Shown here: positions 10,101 through 25,240 of the stretch, in pieces
Position numbering within the stretch: position 1 is the stretch's first letter
How the letters are laid out: every line of letters starts with the position of its first letter
NCBI GenBank assembly: GCA_002269645.1
Contig: NIVC01001096.1
Location: 124,001-188,000, forward strand
Direction: 5' to 3'
DNA: 64,000 nt
Source: Macrostomum lignano
Taxonomy: Eukaryota
The notes under the pieces: generated by a model
What the model saw: the letters and a program-made list of their open reading frames with translations, nothing else
Databases searched by the model: none
Told to the model about the DNA's origin: nothing
Program-made: the position numbers and the translations under genes

Positions 10101-12813
10101 CAGGTCAGCAGTCTGGGCAAACACGGCGCCACTGAGGACTCTCTGATCCGCTGGCTGAACTCGTTCGGCCCTTCAAGTCCTGTCGTGTCGCTCAAAACTG
10201 ACCTGTGCAATGGACGAGTGCTGCTTGAGGTTCGTTTCTGTCTGCCTGTGTTTGGTCCTGTAGAGCAAATCCACTCTTTGTTTTTTCTAGGGATCCTTAT
10301 ACCGATCTATACATTCGATAATGGGGAGCCGTAGCCCAGCGGTCCAGCGCGGCTCTCTGCTGTACCAGCGGCCCATAACTCGATTCCAAGTACAGTCAGT
10401 CACATTAACTTCGGGCTAATTTGAAATCTCGGCTTGGCTCTGCTCGTGCAATTCACGCCCTTGAGGGCCAACCCCCCCCCCCCAAGGCACAGTGAAGTGT
10501 ACATGCCGCTTTACACTCCTATGTGTGTGTGTGCCTGTGCGTATGACTGCGTACGTATCCTTGCGCTTGTGTGTGCCTGCTCAGGGGAGTCGGCGGAATG
10601 GGCAGTAATGCCTCTCGCCGGTTGTGTGACAGACTCAAGGCTTGTTGACTACGCCATCAAACGATCGGTAAAAACTTCAGTCAGTACGAGCGTAGTTGTG
10701 ATTTTTATTACTCAATTGATGACGAGTTTGTATATTCTTAATATTAAAAAGTAGGATTACAGAGCTTTAAGTTTAAATACGATACTTGAAGTCGATGTAT
10801 TCGACTAATGGAAGTCACCCAAGGCGAAGGGAGTGACATGCCTGACAGTTAAAAATTCAAGGTCATTGTGCACCCTGTGTGAGCAAGTGTACGAGCGTAT
10901 AAATGTGTGCTTGCGTACAGCATCAGTGCGTGTTTGCAAGCATGACTGCGGGTCGACTGTGGCCTTTGATTTGCGGAAATGGCTACACTGAATGAAGGTC
11001 GGGGGTTCTATTCGGCTGATCCCACTGGATCAATTTGTATCCTTGAGCAAGACACTTCACTCTGCATTGCTTCAGTTCACTCAGCTGTAAAATGGGTGCC
11101 AGCATTAGCTGGGGTAATTGAGGGTGTGTGTGGCGACCCCCCAGTCCTTGGACTGAACAGCCGTACGCAGCCTTCAGATGCGCCACGCAATAGCTGCGGC
11201 TGAGCTGCCGGTTGCGAATCTGGCCATTAGGGCAGGTATAATAAATCATTATGATTATTGACTTCTCTTCGCACCATCGCGCAGGTGTGGGACGCCATGT
11301 TTCCCGGCTGCGTTCCCTGGAACAAGGTCAAGCTTGAAGAGGTAAACCTGAGCTCTAGGCGAAAATTCACCTGGATGGCCAACTGCGACATTGCTATTGG
11401 CATCGGGCAGAAACATGGCATCACCAGGGACGTCTGCTCTTCTGGCAACATCTCTACCGGTGAGGTAAAGTACATCGCTTCAATGGTGTTCCTCATGATG
11501 CGCCTGCACGCCCAGCTGACTCGCAAGGAGATCATCGGCGAAGACAGCAAAGTTGCCGATTTAGACGATAAAGGGCTGGTTAAATGGTTCAACGAAATGA
11601 TGGAGAAATATCGCAGCGACTTCCGACTGAAGAGTGTTGATGTAAGTTTGAGTAAAAGTAGGGCTTTTGGTTCTGGATTCCCCAAATGTCACATTCCCCA
11701 AATGTCACATTCCCCAAGTGTCACATTCCCCAAATGTCACATTCCCCAAATGTCACATTCCACAAATGTCACACTCCCCAAATGTCACACTCCCCAAATG
11801 TCACACTCCCCAAATGTCACACTCCCTAAATGCCCCATTCCCCAAATGTCACACTCCCCAAATGTGACATTCGCCAAATGCCCCATTCCCCAAATGTCAC
11901 ACTCCCCAAATGTCACACTCCCCAAATGTCACACTCCCCAAATGTCACACTCTCCAAATTTCACACTCCCCAAATGTCACACTCCCTAAATGCCCCATTC
12001 CCCAAATGTCACACTCCCCAAATGTGACATTCGCCAAATGCCCTATTCCCCAAATGTCACACTCCCCAAATGTCACACTCCCCAAATGTCACACTCTCCA
12101 AATGTCACACTCTCCAAATGTCACACTCCCCAAATGTCACACTCCCCAAATGTCACACTCCCCAAATGTCACACTTCCCAAATATGTCACACTCCCCAAA
12201 TGCCCCATTTCCCAAATGTAAAAAATCGAACCCCGGCGCACTCTTCATTGCCCTGCAAACTCAGGATCCCAATCTTAAAAACACCAACGCGCTGGGCTAC
12301 TTCGGCGAACGAATCCTGGTTGAGAACAACCTGTTGTCAAGCGGTCCGGCCGATTTTCCAAGAAAACCAAAGGTCGCAGAGGCAGCGAAGAAGCCGGCAG
12401 CAGCCGCAGGCGCCGCAGGCAAGCGAACGCCGCCGCCAGTTGCGCCGAAACCGAAGATGCCGGCAAAGATGCCGCCAAAGAGTAAAAATGCAGCCGACAG
12501 CAACGCGGAAGAGGACGACGGAGCTAATAATGAGGAGCCGGCGGCTACGAATGACGACAACGGAGAGGAGGAGGAGCAGCAGACGCCAGCTGAAGCGCAC
12601 AACTCCGGCGGTGGCGCTTGGCAATTCAACAGCGTCGAACAGGTGTCGTCGGACCCGGCGCTTCTGACGACATTCTCCGTAACTGCCATCCTGATGTTCA
12701 GCAAGGCAGGGGTCATTGTCTACGCTAGCAAGCTGGGACCGGAGACAGATGCAGCCGTGTACAGAAGTGTCTTGATGGAGTTGAACGGTTTGTCAATGAA
12801 AACCTGCAATTGA
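7172..12813 (+). CDS. Plastin/fimbrin-like gene 3 (4 CH domains, no EF-hand), 5 exons, 693 aa
   Basis: Exons 7172-7249, 7713-8227, 9647-10229, 11285-11641, 12265-12813. Same intron phases as gene 2, total 2082 nt. Exon 1 MATHVNFINGTTF.. resembles gene 2 exon 1 MSITKGYINGKF. AATAAA at 12932. Confidence 0.87.
7280..7579 (-). mobile_element. tRNA-derived SINE family A with a CORE-like central domain
   Basis: On the minus strand: A box TAGCCTAGTGG, B box GGTTCGATTCC, then GTGTCCTTAAGTAAGACACTTAAC..CTTCAGTTCACACAGCTGTAAAACGGG. Related copies at 10980-11245 (+) and 42781-42890 (-). Confidence 0.85.
10323..10625 (+). mobile_element. Probable tRNA-derived SINE family B
   Basis: A-box-like TAGCCCAGCGG and B-box-like ACTCGATTCC. 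Body shared with 1455-1670. Confidence 0.65.
10980..11245 (+). mobile_element. SINE family A copy (degenerate head)
   Basis: Matches the reverse complement of 7280-7560 over more than 200 bp. Confidence 0.85.
11680..12225. repeat. 16-bp minisatellite CCCCAAATGTCACACT filling intron 4 of gene 3
   Basis: Period of 16. The intron spans 11642-12264. Confidence 0.95.
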
Positions 12814-13080
12814 CACCGCAAGCCTGCTGTGGGATCATTTATGTTTCAAAATCATCCATTGTGTAGAAGTAACATTGGTACATAACTGCATAATGACGCG
12901 TCTTGCTAAGCAACAAGCTGGCATGTCAGGTAATAAATTTTTGTTTTTCTAGTCTGATGCCGGATCATTTTTGACAACAATGGCCAATGCAGGATGCAGG
13001 CAAAAATACACGGAAACCTACTATATAATAATTTAGAAAAATATGAAGCCAAGTTCATCATTTCATACGATTTGAATGCC

Positions 13081-13108
13081 TGACTGACTGACTGACTGAC
13101 TGACTGAC
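13081..13108. repeat. (TGAC)7 microsatellite at the left junction of the retrotransposon
   Basis: Read directly. A longer interrupted copy lies at 18284-18330. Confidence 0.9.
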
Positions 13109-13114
13109 TTGAGC

Positions 13115-13287
13115 TGTAGTAACTGAGTCAGAGGCCGTGTTTGCTGTGTAGCCAAACTCTTACAAATCTCGCCGCGCTGGGCACGCGTCTATATATTATG
13201 GAGTTAGAATTGGGGTGGCGGTACCCACCCCACTCCGCAGCCAATCAGACTGCCCGGGCGTACCATACTGTGCGTACGCACACTACA
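13115..13287 (-). repeat. 3' LTR (173 bp)
   Basis: Direct repeat of 17550-17722, preceded on the minus strand by the PPT. Confidence 0.97.
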
Positions 13288-13512
13288 TCTCTCCCCTTTC
13301 GAATAGAGACTGAGAGAGAAGAAAATCGATTTAAACGTAACTCGAAAATACAAAGTTCGAAAGATTCACCGATGATGCGCATTGAAAATGGAGATTAAAA
13401 TATTGAGGAAATAAAATATTTGAATTGAATGCAGCAAAAACGTAAAAAAACTTCAGTCCGCATATTACGGAAAAGAAAGCCAGTTAATTTCGGTCATTGC
13501 AGGATTTCAAAT

Positions 13513-16500
13513 TCAGTCCTTGTAGATTTTCACGCCCGCCCGAGCAGCGCGGGGGTGCGGGCGCAGCGCCACGGGGGAGGCGGGTGGATCTCGGGCCGCC
13601 TCGCCCGAAGCTCTCGGTGCAGCGGTCTGCGTCTGGGCGCCGGCGTCGGCCAAGTCGGGGCTGACGACTTTGACCGCCGTGCAGTGCCGCCAGCAGGTCG
13701 TGCCGTCCCGGCGTAGCAGCAGCGAGTTGCCGGCCACCCGCTGGACTGTCCAGGCACCGCTCTCGAATGGCGTCTGCGTCTTGCTGGCACCGACCCACCG
13801 TCGTAGCACCGAGTCGCCGACCTGGACGTCGTGCCGCCGTGGTCGCCTTTTTGCGTCCGCGTGCTGCTTCATCGCCGCCTTGGCGCCAGCGTCGGCTTCT
13901 CTCAGCCGCTGCTCGTTGATGCGGACTCGCTGGGACGGCCGGGCGGCGGGGATGATGTCGTTTGGCCGCCGGCCCATCAGCAGCTCGGCTGGTGCGCGCC
14001 CGGTGGCCGTGTGCGGCGTGTTCCTGTAGGCCAGCAGCCACTCGTCCAGAGCGGCCCTCCAGTCCCGCCGCTCCTCGATGGCTGCTCGCACGACTTTGTT
14101 GATGGAGCGGTTCAGTCGCTCTGTCATGCCGTTGGCCGCTGGGTAGTAGGGCGTGATGAGGCGGTGCTTGATCCCGTAGCTCGCCAGGAACCGGCCGAAC
14201 TCCTTGGACGAGAAAGGTGGTCCATTATCTGTCACGAGCTCCTGTGGGATCCCGAAGCGGGCGAACATCTCTCGCAGGCGGGGAATCAATGCCTCGGCCG
14301 TCGTCGTCTGCATGAGCTGCACCTCCGGAAACCTTGAGTAGCGGTCCACGCACACCAGCAGCATGTTGTTGTTGATGGGTCCCACGAAATCGGCGCCGAT
14401 CGACAGCCAGGCGCCCGCGGGGATCGGCGTCGGCTGCAGAGGCGTGGCCCGGACGGCTGGCGTGTGCGACGTGACGGCGCAGCTGCGGCATCGACTGACG
14501 AATTCCTCCGCTTGAGTTGCCATCCTCGGCCACCATACCTTCGTGCAGAGTCTGGCGATCGTCTTCTGCGAGCACTGGTGCCCTTGATGCGCTAATTCGA
14601 GCATCTGCTGCCGCAGATCAGCTGGCACGACGATTCGGTGGTGTCGAAGGAGGACCCCGTCAACCGCAGACAGCTCCTCTCGCAGCGCGTGGAGCGAGCG
14701 CATCTCGGGGTTGGAGCGATCCCACCGACCGCCTTGCGTCGCCGCTATCGCCGCCCGGATGACTGTGTCGCTGGCAGAGCTCTTGCGGATGTCTTGGAGT
14801 GTCAGCGCCATCGGCACAGCCGCCTGCGCTACCTCGTTGATGTAGGCCTCCCTCCGCTGCTCGCCAAAACTTCCGTCGTGCTCGCTTAGGGGCTGCCTGC
14901 TGAGTACATCTGCAGCATTGGAGGCTCCCGGCTGATACTCGACCTTGAACACTAGGTGCTGGATCCTCAGCGCCATTCGCTCGACTCGTGGAGGCGGGCG
15001 CGACCCAGGCGCGAACATGGCCGTCAGCGGCTTGTGATCAGAGACCACTGTGAACTGGGGCGATCCATGCAGGTAGTACTCAAACTTCAGGCAGCCGAAC
15101 TTCACGGCGAGTGCCTCTTTCTCGGTCTGCGAATATCGCCGCTCGACATCGGAGAGGGTCCGGCTGGCGTATGCGACCGGCCTCGAGCTGCCGTCGCGCT
15201 GCACCTGCGCCAGGATGGCGCCCAGTCCGGTCGGCCCCGCGTCCACAATCAGCTGCGTGTGTAGCCGCTTGTCGTAAAAAGCCAGCGTTGTCGGCTCCGC
15301 GATGCTGCGCTTCAGCTGCTCAAAGGCGCTGGCCTGGTCGGCGCCCCACTGCCAGTCGACGGTCTTCCTGGTCAGGCGCCGCAGCGGCTCCGCCACCTTG
15401 GCCAGCTGTGGCGTGAACACGGCGAGGTAGTTCACGAGGCCTAGGAATGAGCGAAGCTGCCCAATCGACTCGGGCTCCTTGAAGTCTTGAACGGCGGCGA
15501 CCTTGCTCTCCGTGGCCTGGACCCCTTCCGCCGTGAGCCGCATTCCCATGAACTCGATGCTGCTGCGCGCCAGTCGGCATTTCCGAGCGTTCAGCGTGAT
15601 GCCATGCTGCGCCAGGCGGGCCAGACATGCCTCGAGGCTGCTGTTGTGCTCCGCCATCGTGCGGCCGAACACGACCACGTCGTCGTGGATCCATTTGACG
15701 TTGGGCAGGCCAGCCAGCACTCGACTCATCACATTCTGCAGGATCTCCTGGGAGGTGGACAGGCCCATGCACAGCCGGGTGAGACGGCGAAGCCCGCGAG
15801 GCGTCGAGAATGTTAGCAGGTTGCGGCATTTCTCGGCGACAGGCACCTGGTAGAACGCCTTCGCGATGTCCAGCTCTGAGAACACAGTGCTGCCAGCCAT
15901 GTCCCCGGTCACCTCCTCGAAAGTCGGAATCTGGTGTCGCTCGCGGATGACAAAGCGGTTGACATCGCGGAGGTCCTGCGTGATGCGCACCTCGCCCGGC
16001 TCCTTCTTGGGCACGACGACCATCCGCGCGACCCACGGCGCCGGGCCGTCGACGGGCTCAATGATCCCGAGCTGCTCTAACAACTGCAGTTCCTTGTCCA
16101 CCGCGTCTGCCAGGTGGATCGGCACCTTCGAAGGCGCATGGCAGACCGGGCGGGCGCTGTCGGTGAGGTGGATGTCGGCAGGCGGCCCGGTGAAGCAGCC
16201 GATTCCGCTGAACACGCTGGCGTGCTTGCGCAGCACCCTGCCGATGTCCTCGACGTGTCCTTGAGGCACTCCGCTGGATCTCGTGCCGCTGAGAAGGCCA
16301 TCGACCGCCGCCTCCGCTTCAGCGACCTGCAGCACCTGCTGTCCGGCTGTCGGTGGTGGCCCGACCCGCAGGATGTCCATCTGAGTGGCCGTCTGCCTGC
16401 CGATGATGGTGATGCCTCTCCCTTCGACGACGTGGAACGTGGCGACTGCCTGCCGGCCGAAAATGCGGACGTCCATCGCCGCCTTGCCCAGCAGCTGCAT

Positions 16501-17517
16501 CGGCCTGTCCGACCCGTACGCGAACAGCCTGTCCGAGGTGGTCTGCAGGTGCGGCCGCTGTCTCAGACTCTCGAACGTGGCCCGGTTGATCACATTTCGA
16601 GCCGCACCGCTGTCGATCAACACCGACAGTCTGGAGCCGTTGATCTCGGCTATTGTGTGGGCCGACTGCTCACCCTGATCGACCTCGAACACGCCGGAGT
16701 CCGGGTGGTCCACCTTCTGGTAGCTGGTCTCGCCTTGCAGCGTTGCGACGGCGTCGGCGCCGCTCTGCGGGGCGCCCTGCTTGGACCTGCAGGCTCGCGC
16801 GAAGTGGCCCGGCTTCCCGCACTTTCTGCAGCTCTTGCCCTGCGCTGCGGTGCACGTGGGGTGCCCTGGCCTGCCGCAGCGATCGCACGATACGTGCTGC
16901 GTTGGTGTCTGCGGCATCTGTGGCTTCTGGTCTCTTCTGACTGCTGCGAGCTGCTGCGGTTCCCCTGGTCTGTCGCTCTCCATCGCGGTGGCCTGCTGCT
17001 CCGCGGCTTCTTTCGCCCTCGCCTTTTTGAGCACATCTGCCAGGGAGATATTGTTGGTCTGCAAGAAGTCTCTCCTGAGTCTCTCAGATTCGCAGTAGGC
17101 GACGATTTTGTCACGGATCAGCGAGTCTCTGAGGGTCCCGAACTCACACTGCTCCGCCGCCTTGCGCAGACGCTGATACCACTGGTCGATCTGCTCGCCA
17201 GGCTGCTGTCTGCAGGTCTCAAACTTGAAACGCAGGAACACAATGTTATTCTTCCCGTCCCAGAACGCCTGGATGTTTTTCGCGAGGCTGCTGTAGTCCT
17301 CTCCAGAGGCGATCTCGTTCTCTTCGACTACAGCCTGCAGCTCCTCTCCTGCGGCGTACAGCAGCAGCTGCTGCCCTCGAGTCTTGTCGGTGATTCCAGC
17401 TGCATTGATGTACGTGGCGAAGCGACGAGTCCATGCAGTCCAGCGCTGTGCTGTGGAGTGGCAGTCGCTATCGATTGTAAACGGCCCGGGTGGCGCGAGT
17501 GAAATTTGCTGAGTCAT
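13513..17517 (-). CDS. gag-pol: Gag-Pol polyprotein, 1334 aa, uninterrupted
   Basis: Zn knuckles CDRCGRPGHPTC and CRKCGKPGHFARAC; protease LIDSGA; RT FSELDIAKAFYQ..WIHDDVVV; RNase H DAGPTGLGAIL..EKEALA..SDHKPL; integrase HHCC plus D(GADFVGP)-D(TDNGPPF)-E(GMTER). Confidence 0.97.
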   Translation of the reverse strand: MTQQISLAPPGPFTIDSDCHSTAQRWTAWTRRFATYINAAGITDKTRGQQLLLYAAGEELQAVVEENEIASGEDYSSLAKNIQAFWDGKNNIVFLRFKFETCRQQPGEQIDQWYQRLRKAAEQCEFGTLRDSLIRDKIVAYCESERLRRDFLQTNNISLADVLKKARAKEAAEQQATAMESDRPGEPQQLAAVRRDQKPQMPQTPTQHVSCDRCGRPGHPTCTAAQGKSCRKCGKPGHFARACRSKQGAPQSGADAVATLQGETSYQKVDHPDSGVFEVDQGEQSAHTIAEINGSRLSVLIDSGAARNVINRATFESLRQRPHLQTTSDRLFAYGSDRPMQLLGKAAMDVRIFGRQAVATFHVVEGRGITIIGRQTATQMDILRVGPPPTAGQQVLQVAEAEAAVDGLLSGTRSSGVPQGHVEDIGRVLRKHASVFSGIGCFTGPPADIHLTDSARPVCHAPSKVPIHLADAVDKELQLLEQLGIIEPVDGPAPWVARMVVVPKKEPGEVRITQDLRDVNRFVIRERHQIPTFEEVTGDMAGSTVFSELDIAKAFYQVPVAEKCRNLLTFSTPRGLRRLTRLCMGLSTSQEILQNVMSRVLAGLPNVKWIHDDVVVFGRTMAEHNSSLEACLARLAQHGITLNARKCRLARSSIEFMGMRLTAEGVQATESKVAAVQDFKEPESIGQLRSFLGLVNYLAVFTPQLAKVAEPLRRLTRKTVDWQWGADQASAFEQLKRSIAEPTTLAFYDKRLHTQLIVDAGPTGLGAILAQVQRDGSSRPVAYASRTLSDVERRYSQTEKEALAVKFGCLKFEYYLHGSPQFTVVSDHKPLTAMFAPGSRPPPRVERMALRIQHLVFKVEYQPGASNAADVLSRQPLSEHDGSFGEQRREAYINEVAQAAVPMALTLQDIRKSSASDTVIRAAIAATQGGRWDRSNPEMRSLHALREELSAVDGVLLRHHRIVVPADLRQQMLELAHQGHQCSQKTIARLCTKVWWPRMATQAEEFVSRCRSCAVTSHTPAVRATPLQPTPIPAGAWLSIGADFVGPINNNMLLVCVDRYSRFPEVQLMQTTTAEALIPRLREMFARFGIPQELVTDNGPPFSSKEFGRFLASYGIKHRLITPYYPAANGMTERLNRSINKVVRAAIEERRDWRAALDEWLLAYRNTPHTATGRAPAELLMGRRPNDIIPAARPSQRVRINEQRLREADAGAKAAMKQHADAKRRPRRHDVQVGDSVLRRWVGASKTQTPFESGAWTVQRVAGNSLLLRRDGTTCWRHCTAVKVVSPDLADAGAQTQTAAPRASGEAARDPPASPVALRPHPRAARAGVKIYKD

Positions 17518-17549
17518 GATTTTTAAAGGTTCAGTTCTTGCGACGCCAT

Positions 17550-17722
17550 TGTAGTAACTGAGTCAGAGGCCGTGTTTGCTGTGTAGCCAAACTCTTACAA
17601 ATCTCGCCGCGCTGGGCACGCGTCTATATATTATGGAGTTAGAATTGGGGTGGCGGTACCCACCCCACTCCGCAGCCAATCAGACTGCCCGGGCGTACCA
17701 TACTGTGCGTACGCACACTACA
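17550..17722 (-). repeat. 5' LTR (173 bp) with promoter-like motifs
   Basis: Followed by a 1-nt spacer and the PBS. On the minus strand it has ATTGG (CCAAT box) about 50 nt upstream of TATATA, and TGACTCA (AP-1-like) near its 3' end. Confidence 0.95.
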
Positions 17723-18306
17723 GGAGCTAATAATGAGGAGCCGGCGGCTACGAATGACGACAACGGAGAGGAGGAGGAGCAGCAGACGCCAGCTGAAGCG
17801 CACAACTCCGGCGGTGGCGCTTGGCAATTCAACAGCGTCGAACAGGTGTCGTCGGACCCGGCGCTTCTGACGACATTCTCCGTAACTGCCATCCTGATGT
17901 TCAGCAAGGCAGGGGTCATTGTCTACGCTAGCAAGCTGGGACCGGAGACAGATGCAGCCGTGTACAGAAGTGTCTTGATGGAGTTGAACGGTTTGTCAAT
18001 GAAAACCTGCAATTGACACCGCAAGCCTGCTGTGGGATCATTTATGTTTCAAAATCATCCATTGTGTAGAAGTAACATTGGTACATAACTGCATAATGAC
18101 GCGTCTTGCTAAGCAACAAGCTGGCATGTCAGGTAATAAATTTTTGTTTTTCTAGTCTGATGCCGGATCATTTTTGACAACAATGGCCAATGCAGGATGC
18201 AGGCAAAAATACACGGAAACCTACTATATAATAATTTAGAATTGTATGAAGCCAAGTTCATCATTTCATACGATTTGAATGCCTGACTGACTGACTGACT
18301 GACTGA
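17723..18306 (+). pseudogene. Duplicated 3' part of plastin-like gene 3 (end of exon 5, stop, 3'UTR, polyA signal)
   Basis: Copy of 12520-13103 at a constant offset of 5203. The only non-microsatellite difference seen is AAA (13039-13041) versus TTG (18242-18244). Confidence 0.92.
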
Positions 18307-19384
18307 ATGACTGACTGACTGACTGACTGAATTACATGTAAAAGCGGCTAAAGGAGAGGATGAAATAACGAATTATGTCGACATTTGCAGTCAGGTTGCA
18401 GGCAGGAATTCTAATTGGAGGGTGGGGCACAGTTAAACCTAAGGGACAACAATATTTTAATGGGTGCCCCTGTTCTCCTATAGCTTAGGTGGGCGCCCCC
18501 TCCCTGTTGCTTCTACAGTATCTCTTTGGTTGGGCACCTATATCTCATGCTTTGGGCACCCCTACCCCTTTCTCAGTAACTACTCCGAACTGAAGCAAAT
18601 CAAGGGACTGAGAACTGGGACTATACACTGTAGAGAGCTATAAAATAAAAAACCATGGATATTTAAGGTCATAATTCGTGTAAAAAATATCTGTGGCGAA
18701 AAATAAAATATAATCAATGAATGACTGTCTTTTACTCAAGGCAGTGAGGACGCTCAGAATTTGGACGCCCATGTTGAGCATTTGATTTCTGACGAATATT
18801 TAATCAGTATATTTTTAGCTTTCAGAATGAAACTTCAAGAGGGGAAACCTCCATTTCAATTTGAATGATCTGACTTACCTTTTTCGTTGCACGGGTTTTC
18901 GTTATCGACCGTTAAATGGACACGACTGATTTTAGTTGCAATTCAAAAAGCCTTTTTTACGAGAATGTAAAAGAATGAGAAGAACTTGAGAACATTGAAT
19001 GTTCGGAAGTAAATAAAGACTGTGTGCAAGGGTTGAACTCCTAAAAAAGAATCGTTTAAACTGAAACAGTACTGAAGACTACTGAGTCAGTGTATTTGCG
19101 TTGTTCTCTTTTTGAATAAGGTGGTAACTATAAATGTTTGTGAGAAAACTATAATAACTATTTAAAACATATTGCACGATAACTAGACTGTAAACTAAAC
19201 TGACTGTTTCATATGCAGATCGAAATGCCGAAAGTACAGATCACTAAATACTGAATTCGAGCAGAATCACTTATCGACTTTCGCTATCTGTCTTATTTTA
19301 TTGCAACTTAGTGAATTTAAGTCTAGTTGCAAATTACTGTCTGTGATCTAACCTGTAAACAGATTTGCGGCTAATTATTAAAAA

Positions 19385-24299
<4,915 letters not shown>

Positions 24300-24399
24300 G
24301 CCTCCGATGACCTTCATTTGTTACCCGCCTAATGCTTCACTGCCTCTAACCGCTCTACTTCTCTAATCTCTCCCCTATCCCTCACTGTTCTCTCCTAAC

Positions 24400-25240
24400 C
24401 CAACTCTACTTCTACCCTCACTCTACTTCTACACCCACTCGACTTCGACTTCTCTCCCCTACCCTCACTCTGCTTCTCTCCCCTACCCTCACTCTGCTTC
24501 TCTCCCCTACCCTCACTCTGCTTCTCTCCCCTACCCTCACTCTACGTCTCTCCCCTACCCTCACTCTACTTCTCTCCCCTACCCTCACTCTACTTCTCTC
24601 CCCTACCCTCACTCTGCTTCTCTCCCCTACCCTCACTCTACTTCTCTCCCCTACCCTCACTCTACTTTTCCCCTACCCTCACTCTACTTCTCTCCCCTAC
24701 CCTCACTCTACTTCTCTCCCCTACCCTCACTCTACTTCTCTCCCCTACCCTCACTCTACTTCTCTCCCCTACCCTCACTCTGCTTCTCTCCCCTACCCTC
24801 ACTCTACTTCTCTCCCCTATTCTCACTCTACTTCTTTCCCCTACCCTCACTCTACTTCTCTCCCCTACCCTCACTCTACTTCTCTCCCCTACCCTCACTC
24901 TACTTCTCTCCCTTACCCTCACTCTACTTCTCTCCCCTACCCTCACTCTACTTCTCTCCCCTACCCTCACTCTACTTCTCTCCCCTACCCTCACTCTACT
25001 TCTCTCCCCTACCCTCACTCTACTTCTCTCCCCTACCCTCACTCTACTTCTCTCCCCTACCCTCACTCTACTTCTCTCCCCTACCCTCACTCTACTTCTC
25101 TCCCCTACCCTCACTCTACTTCTCTCCCCTACCCTCACTTTACTTTTCTCTTCTACCCTCACTCTGCTTCTCTCCCCTACCCTCACTCTGCTTCTCTCCC
25201 CTACCCTCACTCTGCTTCTCTCCCCTACCCTCATTTCTAC
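24400..25240. repeat. 24-bp pyrimidine-rich minisatellite CTCTACTTCTCTCCCCTACCCTCA
   Basis: Period of 24, matching the 8-aa RVRVGERS periodicity on the minus strand. Lies between the convergent SLC37 and TFB1M genes. Confidence 0.95.

Larger units (their letters stand above)
13115..17722 (-). mobile_element. Full-length Ty3/Gypsy LTR retrotransposon (probably Mag-like clade)
   Basis: Two 173-bp LTRs (13115-13287, 17550-17722) that look identical, with TGTAGT..ACTACA ends. PBS starting TGG at 17548-17534, [16 protein letters not shown] at 13300-13288. Single gag-pol ORF in PR-RT-RH-IN order. Confidence 0.97.

Noticed and set aside
12520-13114. Simple ~595-bp target-site duplication made by integrase
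   Set aside because: Gypsy integrases make 4-6-bp TSDs. The left copy ends in TTGAGC, which is absent from the right copy, and a residual short TSD (GAGC/GGAGC) is present.
16114-17502. 462-aa antisense ORF over gag/protease, and other overlapping ORFs in 13429-17434
   Set aside because: Shadow ORFs expected opposite GC-rich coding sequence; no recognisable motifs.
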